Source of the DNA: an uncultured Chloroflexia bacterium
Lineage (GTDB): Bacteria > Chloroflexota > Limnocylindria > Limnocylindrales > CSP1-4
Assembly (NCBI GenBank): GCA_963801445.1
Contig: CAWDEW010000007.1
Coordinates: forward strand, 56,692 to 120,691
Direction of reading: 5' to 3'
Length of the DNA stretch: 64,000 nucleotides
The position numbers and the translations under genes were made by a program. Below the pieces are notes generated by a model. It ran no database searches, was not told the DNA's origin, and was given only the letters and a program-made list of their open reading frames with translations. Below, piece after piece: positions 39,315 to 49,823 of this stretch. Positions within the stretch are counted from its first letter, which is position 1. Each line of letters begins with the position of its first letter.

Positions 39315-41247
39315 CTAGCCGCCCTCGGCGAGAACGATGACCCGGTCGTCCGCGGCGAAGGTGAGCGGGCGGGACTTCGGCGGGTTCAGGACGACCCCGT
39401 AGCCCCGGCTCGCATCGGTCGAGGCCGCCGCGGTGCGGTAGCCGATCGCCGTCTCCCCGCGCCGGGCGCCGGACTCGAGGACCGTCGCGAAGGTCATCTC
39501 CGCGCCGACCTTGACGTAGTCGCCGGCCGGCCGCAGGTAGATCTCGGAGCCGGCGCTGTCGAAGAGGTCGTCGAAGACCGCCTGCAGGTGGGCGTTCTCC
39601 GAGAGTTGGCTGAGCAGCAGGCTGGCTAGCCGATCGCTGACGATGAAGTCGTCGGCCCTGGTGACCTCGGCCAGGGCGCGGTTCCGGACGTCGAGCATCT
39701 CGCTGGTGATCGAGAAGGTCGGGCCGCCCTCGGCGACGATGTCGCGCAGGTTGATCAGCGTGACGAGGGTGCGCGCGTCCGCTCGCTGGGGCGGGAGGAC
39801 GTCCGAGCACAGGATGATGACGTGGTCGAACCCCTCGGCGCAGAGCGCGGCGAGCGTCTCGCGCCTGGTGGGATCGACCGTCCGGACCTCGACCGTCGTG
39901 TTCGCGCCGGCGTCGTCGGACATCGGGCCGGAGGCAAGGTCGTCGGCCGTTGCCGCGATGACCACCCGGGAGCCCGGGGCGACGTACGTGTCGAGGTTCG
40001 CCGCGATGGAGGGCCCCCGCCGGTTCCAGCCCAGCACGAGGGCGCGCTCGGGCGCGCGGGGCCGCGATTGCGCTCCCACGATCAGGCCCTCGCGGACGTC
40101 ATCGATCGGACGGGCGGACGGCACGACCGTGTCGTCGTCGGCCGAGATTGCGAGCAGCCGATCGCCCGGCCCGATCGGCGCCTCCATCGGCGGGTTGAGG
40201 CGGGCCACGCCGTCCGCCTGGAGCAGGCCGATCACGGTCGAGGTCTCGTACGCGAACAGGCATTCGCGGAATGGTCGGCCGACCAGCCGCGCCGGCGGCT
40301 CCGCCTCGTAGATCTCGTCGCCCTCGAAATCGAGGAACTCCTGGTAGACGATCGAGAGGCCGGACTGGCGGCATGTCTGGGCGACGATCCGGGCGATCAG
40401 GTCGCCGACGAGGACCAGCTGCGCCTCGTCCCGGCCGACGATCCGGGCAACCGCCAGGCTGTCGCGCTCGCGGAGCTCGGCGACGATGTGATACGGCTCG
40501 GCCCGCCGGTTCGGGCCGTTGGTGATCGCCAGGATCGTCTTGATGACGTCCGCATCGGGATCGTCGACCTCAGGGGGCAGGACGACGACGGACTTCGCGG
40601 TCTCGATGCTGGCCCGGACGAGATCCGTCATGTCCATGGGGCTGCCCGCCCGGCACACGATCCTGGTGTGGCCGGTCGGGCCGACCTGCGCCCGAAATCT
40701 CGTCCTCCATCTCGACCTTGTCGCGGGGTGCCAGCACGACGATGGCACGCCGGGGCTGGTTGGCGTTCGCCACGACCAGCTCGGCAATGATCGTGAAGAC
40801 CTGGGGCGACCAGCCGAGGATCACCGTATGGCCGGTCTCGATGACCGTGCTGTGGCCCTTGCGCAGCTCCTCCAGCCGGCTCTGCAGCGCGGTCACAAGG
40901 ATGCCGATCAGGATGCTCGTCACGAAGATCCCGAAGAGCGTCGCGATGAGCAGCGCGCTCAGGTAGCCGGGGCTCGACGAACCGCCCAGGAAGTTAGCGA
41001 CGGTTCCCGGATCGAGCGTGGTCAGGAAGGCCCGCCAGATCACGTCGAGGAAGTTGAAGCCCGACTCCGCTCCCCAGCCGACCAGCGTGATGACGACGGC
41101 CACGAAGAGGACGGCCAGCAGGGTGGCTCCGAAGAGGACCCCGATCAGGATCGCCGGTCCCCGCGACAGGAAGTCGTCGACCCGGTAGCGCAGGCGGTCG
41201 CGAAGGGGGAACCGGGGCGGGCGGGGAGGCCGGGACTGACCTGACAT
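39315..41247 (-). CDS. CASTOR/POLLUX-like (RCK-containing) ion channel; frameshift near 40695
   Basis: [71 protein letters not shown]. Confidence 0.85.
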
Positions 41248-41323
41248 TGCGGCATTGTAGGGGCCGGATCGACCGCTGTGACCACGTCGGTCGGGCGGCG
41301 GTATCCTCGCGGGCGAGGAGGAC

Positions 41324-42755
41324 GTGTCCGTGCTGGAGATGAGCCCCGAGGAGTTCCGGCGCCTTGCCCATCGCGCCGTGGAGATCCTGGCCGACGACCT
41401 GGCCCGGACCGCGGGTGACCCGGACGCGCCCGCGCGGCGCCCGACCACCGATGCGCTGCGCCGGCGGCTCATGGACGAGCCGCTCCCCCAGGAGCCGCGC
41501 GACCCCGACGCGATCCTGGCCGACTTCGAGGAGCTGGTCCTCCCGCATCCGATGGGCAACGCCAGCCCGCGCTTCTTCGGCTGGGTCAACTCGCCCGCCG
41601 GCGCCGATCAGCGTCATCGGCGAGCTGCTCGCGGCCGGCATGAATTCCAGCGCCGCCGGCGGCGACCAGGCGACCACGTACCTGGAGCACGCCGTGCTGC
41701 GCTGGCTGAAGGAGATGCTGGGGCTTCCGGCGGGCGGGCGGCTGCTGGTCAGCGGCGGCAGCATGGCCAACCACGTCGGGCTGGCGGTGATGCGCAACGC
41801 CCACGACCCGGGCGTGCGCGGGGCGGGACTCCGGAGCGCTCCCCAGCTCGCGGTTTACGCCTCCAGCGAGGGGCACTCCTGCATCGAGAAGGCCGTCGAG
41901 CTGCTGGGCCTCGGCCACGACAGCCTGCGCAAGATCCCGGTGGACGCCGATTTCCGCATGGACCTGGCCGCCTTGCGCGGCGATCGCCGAGGATCGCGCG
42001 GCCGGCCGCCGTCCCGCGTGCGTGGCCGCCAGCGCCGGCACGGTGAACACCGGGGCCATCGACCCGCTCTATGCGATCGCCGACCTCTGCGCCGCGGAGG
42101 GCCTGTGGTTCCACGTCGATGGCGCCTACGGCGGCATCGCCGTGCTGGCCGAGCAGGTCCGCCCGCTCTGGCGGGGATCGACCGCGCCGACAGCCTGGGG
42201 ATCGACCCGCACAAGTGGATGTACATCCCGGTGGAGTGCGGCTGTGCGATCGTGCGCGACCGGCCGGCGATGCGCGACACGTTCAGCTTGGTGCCGCCCT
42301 ACCTGCGCGACGACCTGCAGCTGCCCTGGTTCTCCGAGTTTGGCCTGCAGCAGACGCGCGGTTTCCGCGCGCTCAAGGCCTGGATGACGCTCCAGGCGGT
42401 CGGCGCGGCGGGCTACCGGCGCGAGCTGACCCGGCAGGTGGCGCTTGCACGGACGCTGCAGGACAAGGTGCGCGCCCGCCCCGCGCTCGAGGTCGTCGCG
42501 GCCGGGCCGCTCTCGGTGGTCTGCTTCCGGTTGAGGCCGCCCAACATTGATGACGCGGCCACCGACGCCCTCAACCGCGCCGCCATCGAGCGGATCCAGG
42601 CCGACGGCCGCGTCTTCCTGACCTCGACCGTGCTCGACGGCCGGGTCACGCTGCGAGCCTGCATCATCAACTTCCGGACGCAGGAGGCGGACCTCGACGT
42701 GCTCCTCGACGAGGTCGAGGCGGCGGGCCAGGCGGCGGGGCAGCAGGCATCCTGA
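41324..42755 (+). CDS. PLP-dependent group II (aromatic amino acid-type) decarboxylase; about 3 frameshifts
   Basis: [55 protein letters not shown]. Confidence 0.87.
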
Positions 42756-42838
42756 GCGGGCCCAGGCGGCCTCCCAGGCCCGAGCAGATACCATTCCCTG
42801 CAATCGGGGCAGCGCGCCCCTTCCCGAACGGGGGAATC

Positions 42839-43030
42839 GTGCCTGCAGAGCGCCCCAAGGTCATCGTGATCCACAAGGGCGGCGATCACGGCTGCCTGAT
42901 CACGATCCTTCTCCTGATCATCGCCTGGCCGCTCGCCATCGTGTACTGGCTCCTGCGCCTGCTCGCCTGGTTCGTCGGCACGATCGTCGATCTCCTGACG
43001 CTTGGACCCGTGCGCCGGCGACGTCGCTGA
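42839..43030 (+). CDS. Small membrane protein
   Basis: 63 aa hydrophobic ORF with GCL..WPLA pattern and basic tail. Confidence 0.55.
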   Translation: MPAERPKVIVIHKGGDHGCLITILLLIIAWPLAIVYWLLRLLAWFVGTIVDLLTLGPVRRRRR

Positions 43031-43212
43031 ACAAGGCACCTGATCGGGCCGGATCAGGTGCCGGTCCTCCTTCCTCCCCGACGCGCCGGCCCGATACGGC
43101 TACGCTGCGTCCGATGGAGCACCTTGGACGGACATCCGGCCGGCTCGCCCCCGGGTCCGGCCCGCGGTCCTGATCGATGCCGGCGCCGCTCGGCAGGACA
43201 CCGACCAGGAAG

Positions 43213-43569
43213 ATGCCGGACATCACCGTGTTCGGTCTCGCGAATTCGCAGGCGACCCGCGCCGCGGTCCGGTTCTTCCGGGAGCGCCGGATCGTCGTCC
43301 GCTACGTCGATCTGGCCAAGAGGCCGATCTCCCGCGACGAGCTTCGCCGGTTCCTGGATCGGCTGGGAGCGGCTGCCCTGACGGACGTCGAGGCCGGGGC
43401 GGACGGGGACGGCGGCCACGCGGAGCTCCCGACGAACACCGGCGGCGTCGTGGCGCGGCTTCTCGCCGACGTGTCCCTCGTGCGCCTCCCGCTGGTCCGG
43501 TACGGCCAGGACGTCACCGCCGGCAGGGATGAAGCGACGTGGACGGCCTGGCTGGCGCGGCCAAGGTAG
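43213..43569 (+). CDS. ArsC/Spx-like thioredoxin-fold protein (no Cys)
   Basis: ITVFG..SQATRAA.RFF.ER, DL..RPIS..EL.RF, LVRLPLVR. Confidence 0.7.
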   Translation: MPDITVFGLANSQATRAAVRFFRERRIVVRYVDLAKRPISRDELRRFLDRLGAAALTDVEAGADGDGGHAELPTNTGGVVARLLADVSLVRLPLVRYGQDVTAGRDEATWTAWLARPR

Positions 43570-43632
43570 ACGGGACGTCCACGTGGGTGCCTGCGATCAG
43601 CCTGTCGCCCAGGGTTCGCGGGTCGCGCCGGG

Positions 43633-44334
43633 TCAGTCGCGGAGCCACCCCGCGGGTGATTCATGGCCCGGCAGCTCCGCCAGCAGGCGCAGGACCGGCA
43701 CAGCGCTGGCCAGCGTCCCGGCCAGCGTCGCCGGAAGGTCCGGGGACAGGACGTCCGCGTCCGACAGCGCGCGCCCGAAGGTCACGTCCTTGAGCTTGAG
43801 CAGCCCGACGTCCGGGTCGTCGGGAGCGAAACCGGTCGGCGCACGCACGAGGCGGTCGCCACTGACCTCGCCGAAGGTCGCCCGGAACCCGGGGTCATCG
43901 AGCGCCGCGTGCACGCGCGCCCGTTCCTCGACGACGGCCTTCCGCCACGCCGCCAGGCGGGCCGGCGCCGGGTGCCACATCCCGCCGCCGACGAAGATGC
44001 CGCCGGGCTCGAGGTGGAAGTAGCCACCGACGCCGCCCCCGTTGCCGGTCCACGGGAAGCTCGCGCCGACATTCGTCTTGTAGGGCGACTTGTCCTTCGC
44101 GAAGCGGACGTCCCGGTAGATCCGAAAGGGCGACCGGGCGGCGTCCGCGGCGAGCGGAACCCCCCGGGCGCGGAGCTCCTCGTCGACCGCCGTGCACAGC
44201 TGCTCGAGCGGCACCTTGAGGAGCGCCTCGTACCTGGCCTTGCGCGGCTGGAACCAGGAGCGTTCGTTGTTGAGGGCCAGCTCGACAAGGAAGCCGAGAG
44301 CGTCCGGCTCGAATCCGCCGAATCCGCTGCTCAT
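43633..44334 (-). CDS. DUF2461 family protein
   Basis: NNERSWF, FRIYRDVRFAKDKSPYK, GGGMWHP. Confidence 0.88.
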   Translation of the reverse strand: MSSGFGGFEPDALGFLVELALNNERSWFQPRKARYEALLKVPLEQLCTAVDEELRARGVPLAADAARSPFRIYRDVRFAKDKSPYKTNVGASFPWTGNGGGVGGYFHLEPGGIFVGGGMWHPAPARLAAWRKAVVEERARVHAALDDPGFRATFGEVSGDRLVRAPTGFAPDDPDVGLLKLKDVTFGRALSDADVLSPDLPATLAGTLASAVPVLRLLAELPGHESPAGWLRD

Positions 44335-44489
44335 CTGCACCAGCCTCCCGCTCCGCGTGCCGGGCCCGGCCGCCGCCGGCCAGCGTCGTGCGCCCTGCTC
44401 AATCTCGATAGGTTGACAGGCACCTGCAAGAATTGCCGGGTGACCCTGCCCGGGCGGACCGACCGGCGGAGCAGGCAGGCGAGGGGGGC

Positions 44490-44876
44490 ATGCGCATGCT
44501 CGGCGATCACCCGGTGTTTCCGATCCTGCTGTCGACGGACCTCGCGGCAAGCCGGACCTTCTATCACGACACGCTCGGGCTGGAGGTCCTCGCGGAGGAC
44601 GATGAGCGGATCGTCCTGCGCTGCGGCGGCGGGACGCTGCTGGCGATCTCGCGCAGCACCGTCGGCACATCGGACACCCAGACCCAGATGGCCTGGCGGG
44701 TGCCGGACATGCAGGCTGCCCTGGCCGACCTCAGGGCTCGGGGGGTGCGCATCGAGGAGTACGAGGCGCCCGACCCGGTGACGACCGATGGCGTCGCCGA
44801 CATGGGCCACTCCTGGGCGGCCTGGTTCATCGATCCCAGCCGGAACGTGCTCTCGCTCATCCAGCCGAAGGGCTGA
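44490..44876 (+). CDS. VOC/glyoxalase family protein
   Basis: FYHDTLGL, LRARGVRIEEY, AAWFIDPSRNVL. Confidence 0.85.
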   Translation: MRMLGDHPVFPILLSTDLAASRTFYHDTLGLEVLAEDDERIVLRCGGGTLLAISRSTVGTSDTQTQMAWRVPDMQAALADLRARGVRIEEYEAPDPVTTDGVADMGHSWAAWFIDPSRNVLSLIQPKG

Positions 44877-45201
44877 GGGACCGCGCCAGGGAAGGGGCCG
44901 GCGGCCCGGCCGTCGGCTCAGGCCGGCTGCGCCAGGCAGCCTCCCGGGCGTAGAAGGCGGGCCACGGCTCGTCGCGCGCCGCCGACCGGTAGCCTGCATC
45001 CAGCGCGATCAGCCGGGCGGTCAGCTCGCCGAGGCCCGGTGCCGCCCCGAGGATCTCGGGGAGGTCCGACCAGTTGATCAGCCACCAGGCGTAGAACAGG
45101 GCCCATTCCGGGTCGACGCCGCCCGTCCGCTCGGTTGCGACGGCATGCACGTGCTCGGCACGCTCGAGCGCCGCCGCCAGCCGTCCCGCCCGCTCCGTCA
45201 T
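44857..45201 (-). CDS. Hypothetical helical protein (3' end uncertain)
   Basis: GVDPEWALFYAWWL...WPAFYA repeated W/Y motif; codon-like GC3 pattern. Confidence 0.55.
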   Translation of the reverse strand: MTERAGRLAAALERAEHVHAVATERTGGVDPEWALFYAWWLINWSDLPEILGAAPGLGELTARLIALDAGYRSAARDEPWPAFYAREAAWRSRPEPTAGPPAPSLARSLSPSAG

Positions 45202-45439
45202 GCTCACGACTCCCACCCGCGCACGGAATCGCACCGCGCCTTCGCCGTACGTTACCCGACGTTTCGCGGACCGTCGCCCGGCCCCGAAGAGGCCGCCGGC
45301 CCGGCGCCGGGCTGGGCGGGGCTTCCCCGCGCCGGGCCTCACCGGCATACTGCGGCCACCGCTCCCGGCCGAGGCGGCCGGCGACCCGCGGCGGTCGCCG
45401 GCGTCCCTCGTCACCGCTCCCGGAGCGTGAGGTGAACGC

Positions 45440-48249
45440 GTGGACGTGCACGACAGGAGTCCCGTGGGCGACGACGCCCCGCCGAAGCCGTCGCGCGATC
45501 GCTCCGGGCCGCGCTCCGACCTGCCCGACAGCGGCCTCGTGGCGATGCTCTTCACGGACATCGAAGGCTCGACGCGGCTCGTCTCCGCCCTGGGCGACGA
45601 CCAGTGGGCCGGCCTCCTCGCCGAGCACCGGGCTCTCGTCGTGGAGGCGCTCGGACGAGAGCAGCCGGCCGGCGCCCGCTGGGGCGTGGTCGGATCCGAG
45701 GGCGACTCCCTGTTCGTGGCGTTCGCCAGCCCGCTCGGCGCCGTCCGGGGCGCGGCGAGCGCCCAGCTCGCGCTCGCCGCGCATCCCTGGCCGAGTGGTG
45801 CCGAGATCCGCGTCCGGATGGGCATCCACGCCGGCGAGATCGTCCGGGTCGGCGACGACTACGTGGGCTACGAGGTCCACAAGGCGGCGCGGGTGATGAG
45901 CGCGGCGCACGGTGGCCAGGTCGTGCTCTCGCGCACCCTGCGGGCCCTGCTGCCCGACGCGGCCCTGGCACCGCTGGAGCTCCGCTCGCTGGGGGTCCAT
46001 CACCTGAAGGACGTCCCCGAGAAGGAGGAGCTCTTCCAGCTGGCCGGGAAGGGACTCATCGCCGACTTCCCGCCGCTGCGGACGCTCGATGCGCTGCCCA
46101 ACAACCTGCCGGTCCAGCTGACCAGGTTCGTCGGGCGCGAGGCGGAGATCGGTGCGGTGAAGCGCCAGCTCCTGGGGACGCGGCTCCTGACGTTGACCGG
46201 GACGGGTGGGACCGGCAAGACCCGTCTCTCCCTGCGGGTCGCGGAGGAGATCGCCCACGACTACCGCGATGGGGCCTGGTTCGTGCCGCTCGCGGCGGTC
46301 ACCGACCCGGCGCTGGTCCCGTCGGCGATCGTCGCCTCGCTCGGGATCGCCGAAGTGCCGGGCACCTCGGCGATCGACCGGCTGCGCGAGGTGCTCGCCG
46401 ATCGCCGCCAGCTGATCGTGCTGGACAACTTCGAGCAGGTCCAGGGGGCTGCTCCGGCCGTGGGCGCGATCCTTCGCGCCGCGCCCGGCGTCGCGATCAT
46501 CGCGACGAGCCGCGGCCCGCTCAGGGTGGATGGCGAGCGGGAGCTGCCGGTCCCGCCCCTGGGCCTGCCGGACCTGGCCCATCTCCCGGCCGCCGACGCC
46601 CTCCTGCGCTCGGAGGCGGTCGCCCTGTTCGTCGATCGCGCCCAGGCCGCCCGACCGGACTTCGCGCTGACGGACCGGAACGCCGCGGCGGTGGCCGGGA
46701 TCTGCGCCCGCCTCGACGGGCTGCCGCTTGCCGATCGAGCTGGCCGCCGCGCGGATCCGGGTCCTCGCCCCGAGGCGATCCTCGCCCGCCTCGAGAAGCG
46801 GCTCGATCTCCTCGTCGCGGCGGCGGACGGGATCGCCCGGAGCGCCAGCAGACCCTGCGGGCGACGATCGCCTGGAGCCACGACCTGCTCGATCCGGGAC
46901 GGCAGCGCCTGCTCGCCCGCCTCGGCGTGTTTGCCGGGGGCTGGGAGCTCGAGCAGGCGGAGACGGTCTGCGGCCCGCTCGCGGAGCTCGGAGTCGACGT
47001 GCTCGACGGGCTCGACGGGCTGGTCGACCAGAGCCTGGTCCGGCGCGACGAGGGACCGGACGGCGAGCCACGCTTCCTCATGCTGGAGACGATCCGCGAG
47101 TTCGCCCTCGAGAGGCAGATCGCATCCGGTGAGGCCGACGAGCTCCAGCGGCGCCATGCGGGCGTCTTCGTGGACCTCGCCGAAGGGGCGGCCCCGGAGC
47201 TGAGGCGCGCCCAGGCCAAGGCGTGGCTCGATCGGCTCGAGCGCTCGACCGCGAACCTCCGGGCCGCGCTCGGCTGGGCGATCGAGACGAACGCCGCCGA
47301 GGGCGGCCTGCGCCTCGGGTTTGCCCTGTGGCGCTTCTGGCAGATGCGGGGATCGTTGGACGAGGGCCGCGACTGGCTCGTCCGGCTGGTCGCCCTCCCG
47401 CACGCCCGTGACCACCTCTCGCTCCTCGCCCGCGGGTACGAGGCGCTCGGGAGCGTCGAGTACTGGCGCGGGGACATGGAGGCGGCCCGCGTGGCCTACG
47501 AGACCGCGCTCTCGCTCCAGCGCGAGGTGGGCGACGAGGCGGGGATCGCCGACGCGCTGTACAACCTCTCGTTCGTGTTCGTCGTCCCGCTGACGGACTT
47601 GCCGCGGGGCGAGAAGCTCCTCCTCGAGGCCCTCGCGATCTACGAGAGGCTGGGCATCGACTCGGGCATCGCCGGCGTCCACTTCTCCCTGATGAACACG
47701 GCCCACCAGCGCGGCGACGACGAGGCCCGGCGCCGCCATTTCCAGGTGGCCGTGCCCACGTTCCGCCGGCTTGGCGACACCTTCATGGTGGGCTGGGGCC
47801 TCCACCTCGACAGCATCGGCCTCATCCGTTTCGGCAGGTTCGACGAGGCGCGGGCAGAGCTCATCGAGGCCCTCTCGCTCTTCGTCCGGGCCGGGGACGT
47901 CTCCGGGATCGCACTCCTGCTCGACGACTGGGCGGACCTCGCGCTGGCGGAGGGCCTGATCGAGCGGTCCGTCCGCCTCTCCGGCGCCGCGGCCGCGTTC
48001 CAGGCGACGAGCGGCGCCGACCTTGGGTCTGTCATCAACAAGGCGGAGGGACGATCGCTGCCCGACGCGGGCCGCCTCGATCCCGAGACGCTGGCGCGGG
48101 CCTGGGCCGAGGGCCAGGCGATGTCGCTCGAGGAGGCGGTCGCCTACGTCCTGGGCGCCGACGAACCCGCGCCGGCCGACGGCGAGACACCCGACCGGGG
48201 ACCCGGCTGGGCGCCGGGCGACCGACCCGCCTCACCTTCGGGCGGCTGA
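45440..48249 (+). CDS. Class III cyclase domain - STAND/NB-ARC ATPase - TPR protein; frameshifts at 46730-46830
   Basis: LFTDIEGST, EGDS, VRMGIHAGE; FVGRE, GTGGTGKTRL, LDNFEQ, LDGLPL/IELAA, RFLMLETIREFA, TPR helices. Confidence 0.87.
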
Positions 48250-48260
48250 AGGCGGGCCAC

Positions 48261-49808
48261 GTGGATCGCCGAACGGGCACGCTCCTCGCTACGGTCCTGG
48301 GGACGGGCGTGGTGTTCCTCGACTCGACCGTGGTGAACGTGGCGCTGCCCCGGATCGGGCAGGACCTCCAGAGTCCCGCGATCGGCGTCCTCGAAGGCCA
48401 GTCCTACGTCTACAACGCGTACCTGCTCTCGCTCAGCGCGCTGCTGATCCTCGCCGGTGCGCTCGCCGACTCGTACGGGCGGCGTCGCCTCTTCGCCCTT
48501 GGACTGGCGGGGTTCGGCGGTGCCTCGCTCCTGTGCGGCATCGCGCCCACCCTGGAGGCGCTGATCGCGTTCCGGGTCCTCCAGGGGGCTGCGGGGGCCC
48601 TCCTGGTGCCCGGGTCCCTGGCGATCCTCACCGCCACGTTCGAAGGCCCCCGGCTCGGGCGGGCGCTGGGGGTCTGGGCCGGCGCCTCGGGGGCTGCGGC
48701 CGTCCTGGGTCCCCCCGTGGGCGGCATCCTCGTCCAGACGGTCTCCTGGCGGGCGGCCTTCCTGGTCAACCTGCCGATCGTCCTGGTCGCACTGTGGGCG
48801 ACCTGGCGGTCGGTCGACGAGAGCCGTGACCCGGCCGCCGGACGGACGTTCGACTGGTCGGGCGCCCTGCTGGTCGCGATCGCGGTCGGAGGCCTCTCGT
48901 TCGGGGCGATCTACGGGGGACAGCACGCCTGGGGCGGCTGGCTGGCCCAGGCCTCGCTCGCCGTCGGCGCGATCGCGACGGCCTGGTTCGTGCTCCACAT
49001 GGCGCGGGGACGCGCCCCGCTCGTCCCGCTGGGGCTGTTCCGCGTCCGCAACTTCGCCGTCACGAACCTGGAGACGTTCCTCGTCTACGGCGCCCTGTAC
49101 GTCTTCCTCTACCTGTTCGCGATCTTCGCCCAGGGGACGCTCGGCTACTCCGCGGCAGCCGCCGGGATGCTGTCGATCCCGGGTGCCCTCCTCCTGACCT
49201 TCATGTCACCGCTGATGGGCAGCCTGGCCGCTCGCCATGGGCCGCGCCGCTTCATGGTGGCCGGCCCAACGATCATGGCTGCCGGGCTCGCCTGGCTCGT
49301 CCGGCTCCCGGCCGACAGCCCCGCCTGGAACCTGGTGCCCGGCGTCCCGTCGTCGTGGGCCCCGCCCCTCGGCGTCGTGGTGGACTTCCTGCCCACGATG
49401 CTGCTGTTCGGCCTCGGGCTGGCGATCCTCGCCGCGCCCCTCACGACCGCCCTCATGACCTCCCTGCCCGAGCCGAAGGCGGGGATCGCGTCGGCCGTGA
49501 ACAACGCCATCTCGCGAGTCGGGCCCCAGCTGGTGGGCGCAGTGATGTTCGTGCTGGTCACGAGGGTCTTCTTCGCCGCCCTGGGAGGCCTCGTGCCGGG
49601 CCTGGACACGGGTTCGGCGGCCGTGCGCGACGCGTTCGCGCCGTTCAACCCGGCGCCTGCCTCGACCGGACCCGCTCTCGCCGCCGCCGCGCTCGAGGCA
49701 TCGACGACCGCATTCCGGTTCGCGATGGCCGTGGGTGCCGCTCTCCTGGTCGCCGGGGCCGCGGTGGGCTGGGCCGGGATCCGCGATCGCCCGGCCGCGG
49801 ACGCCTGA
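48261..49808 (+). CDS. MFS transporter (DHA2 family)
   Basis: LDSTVVNVALP, GALADSYGRRR, WRAAFLVNLP; about 14 TM helices. Confidence 0.9.
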   Translation: MDRRTGTLLATVLGTGVVFLDSTVVNVALPRIGQDLQSPAIGVLEGQSYVYNAYLLSLSALLILAGALADSYGRRRLFALGLAGFGGASLLCGIAPTLEALIAFRVLQGAAGALLVPGSLAILTATFEGPRLGRALGVWAGASGAAAVLGPPVGGILVQTVSWRAAFLVNLPIVLVALWATWRSVDESRDPAAGRTFDWSGALLVAIAVGGLSFGAIYGGQHAWGGWLAQASLAVGAIATAWFVLHMARGRAPLVPLGLFRVRNFAVTNLETFLVYGALYVFLYLFAIFAQGTLGYSAAAAGMLSIPGALLLTFMSPLMGSLAARHGPRRFMVAGPTIMAAGLAWLVRLPADSPAWNLVPGVPSSWAPPLGVVVDFLPTMLLFGLGLAILAAPLTTALMTSLPEPKAGIASAVNNAISRVGPQLVGAVMFVLVTRVFFAALGGLVPGLDTGSAAVRDAFAPFNPAPASTGPALAAAALEASTTAFRFAMAVGAALLVAGAAVGWAGIRDRPAADA

Positions 49809-49823
49809 CGGGATGGCCGACGC

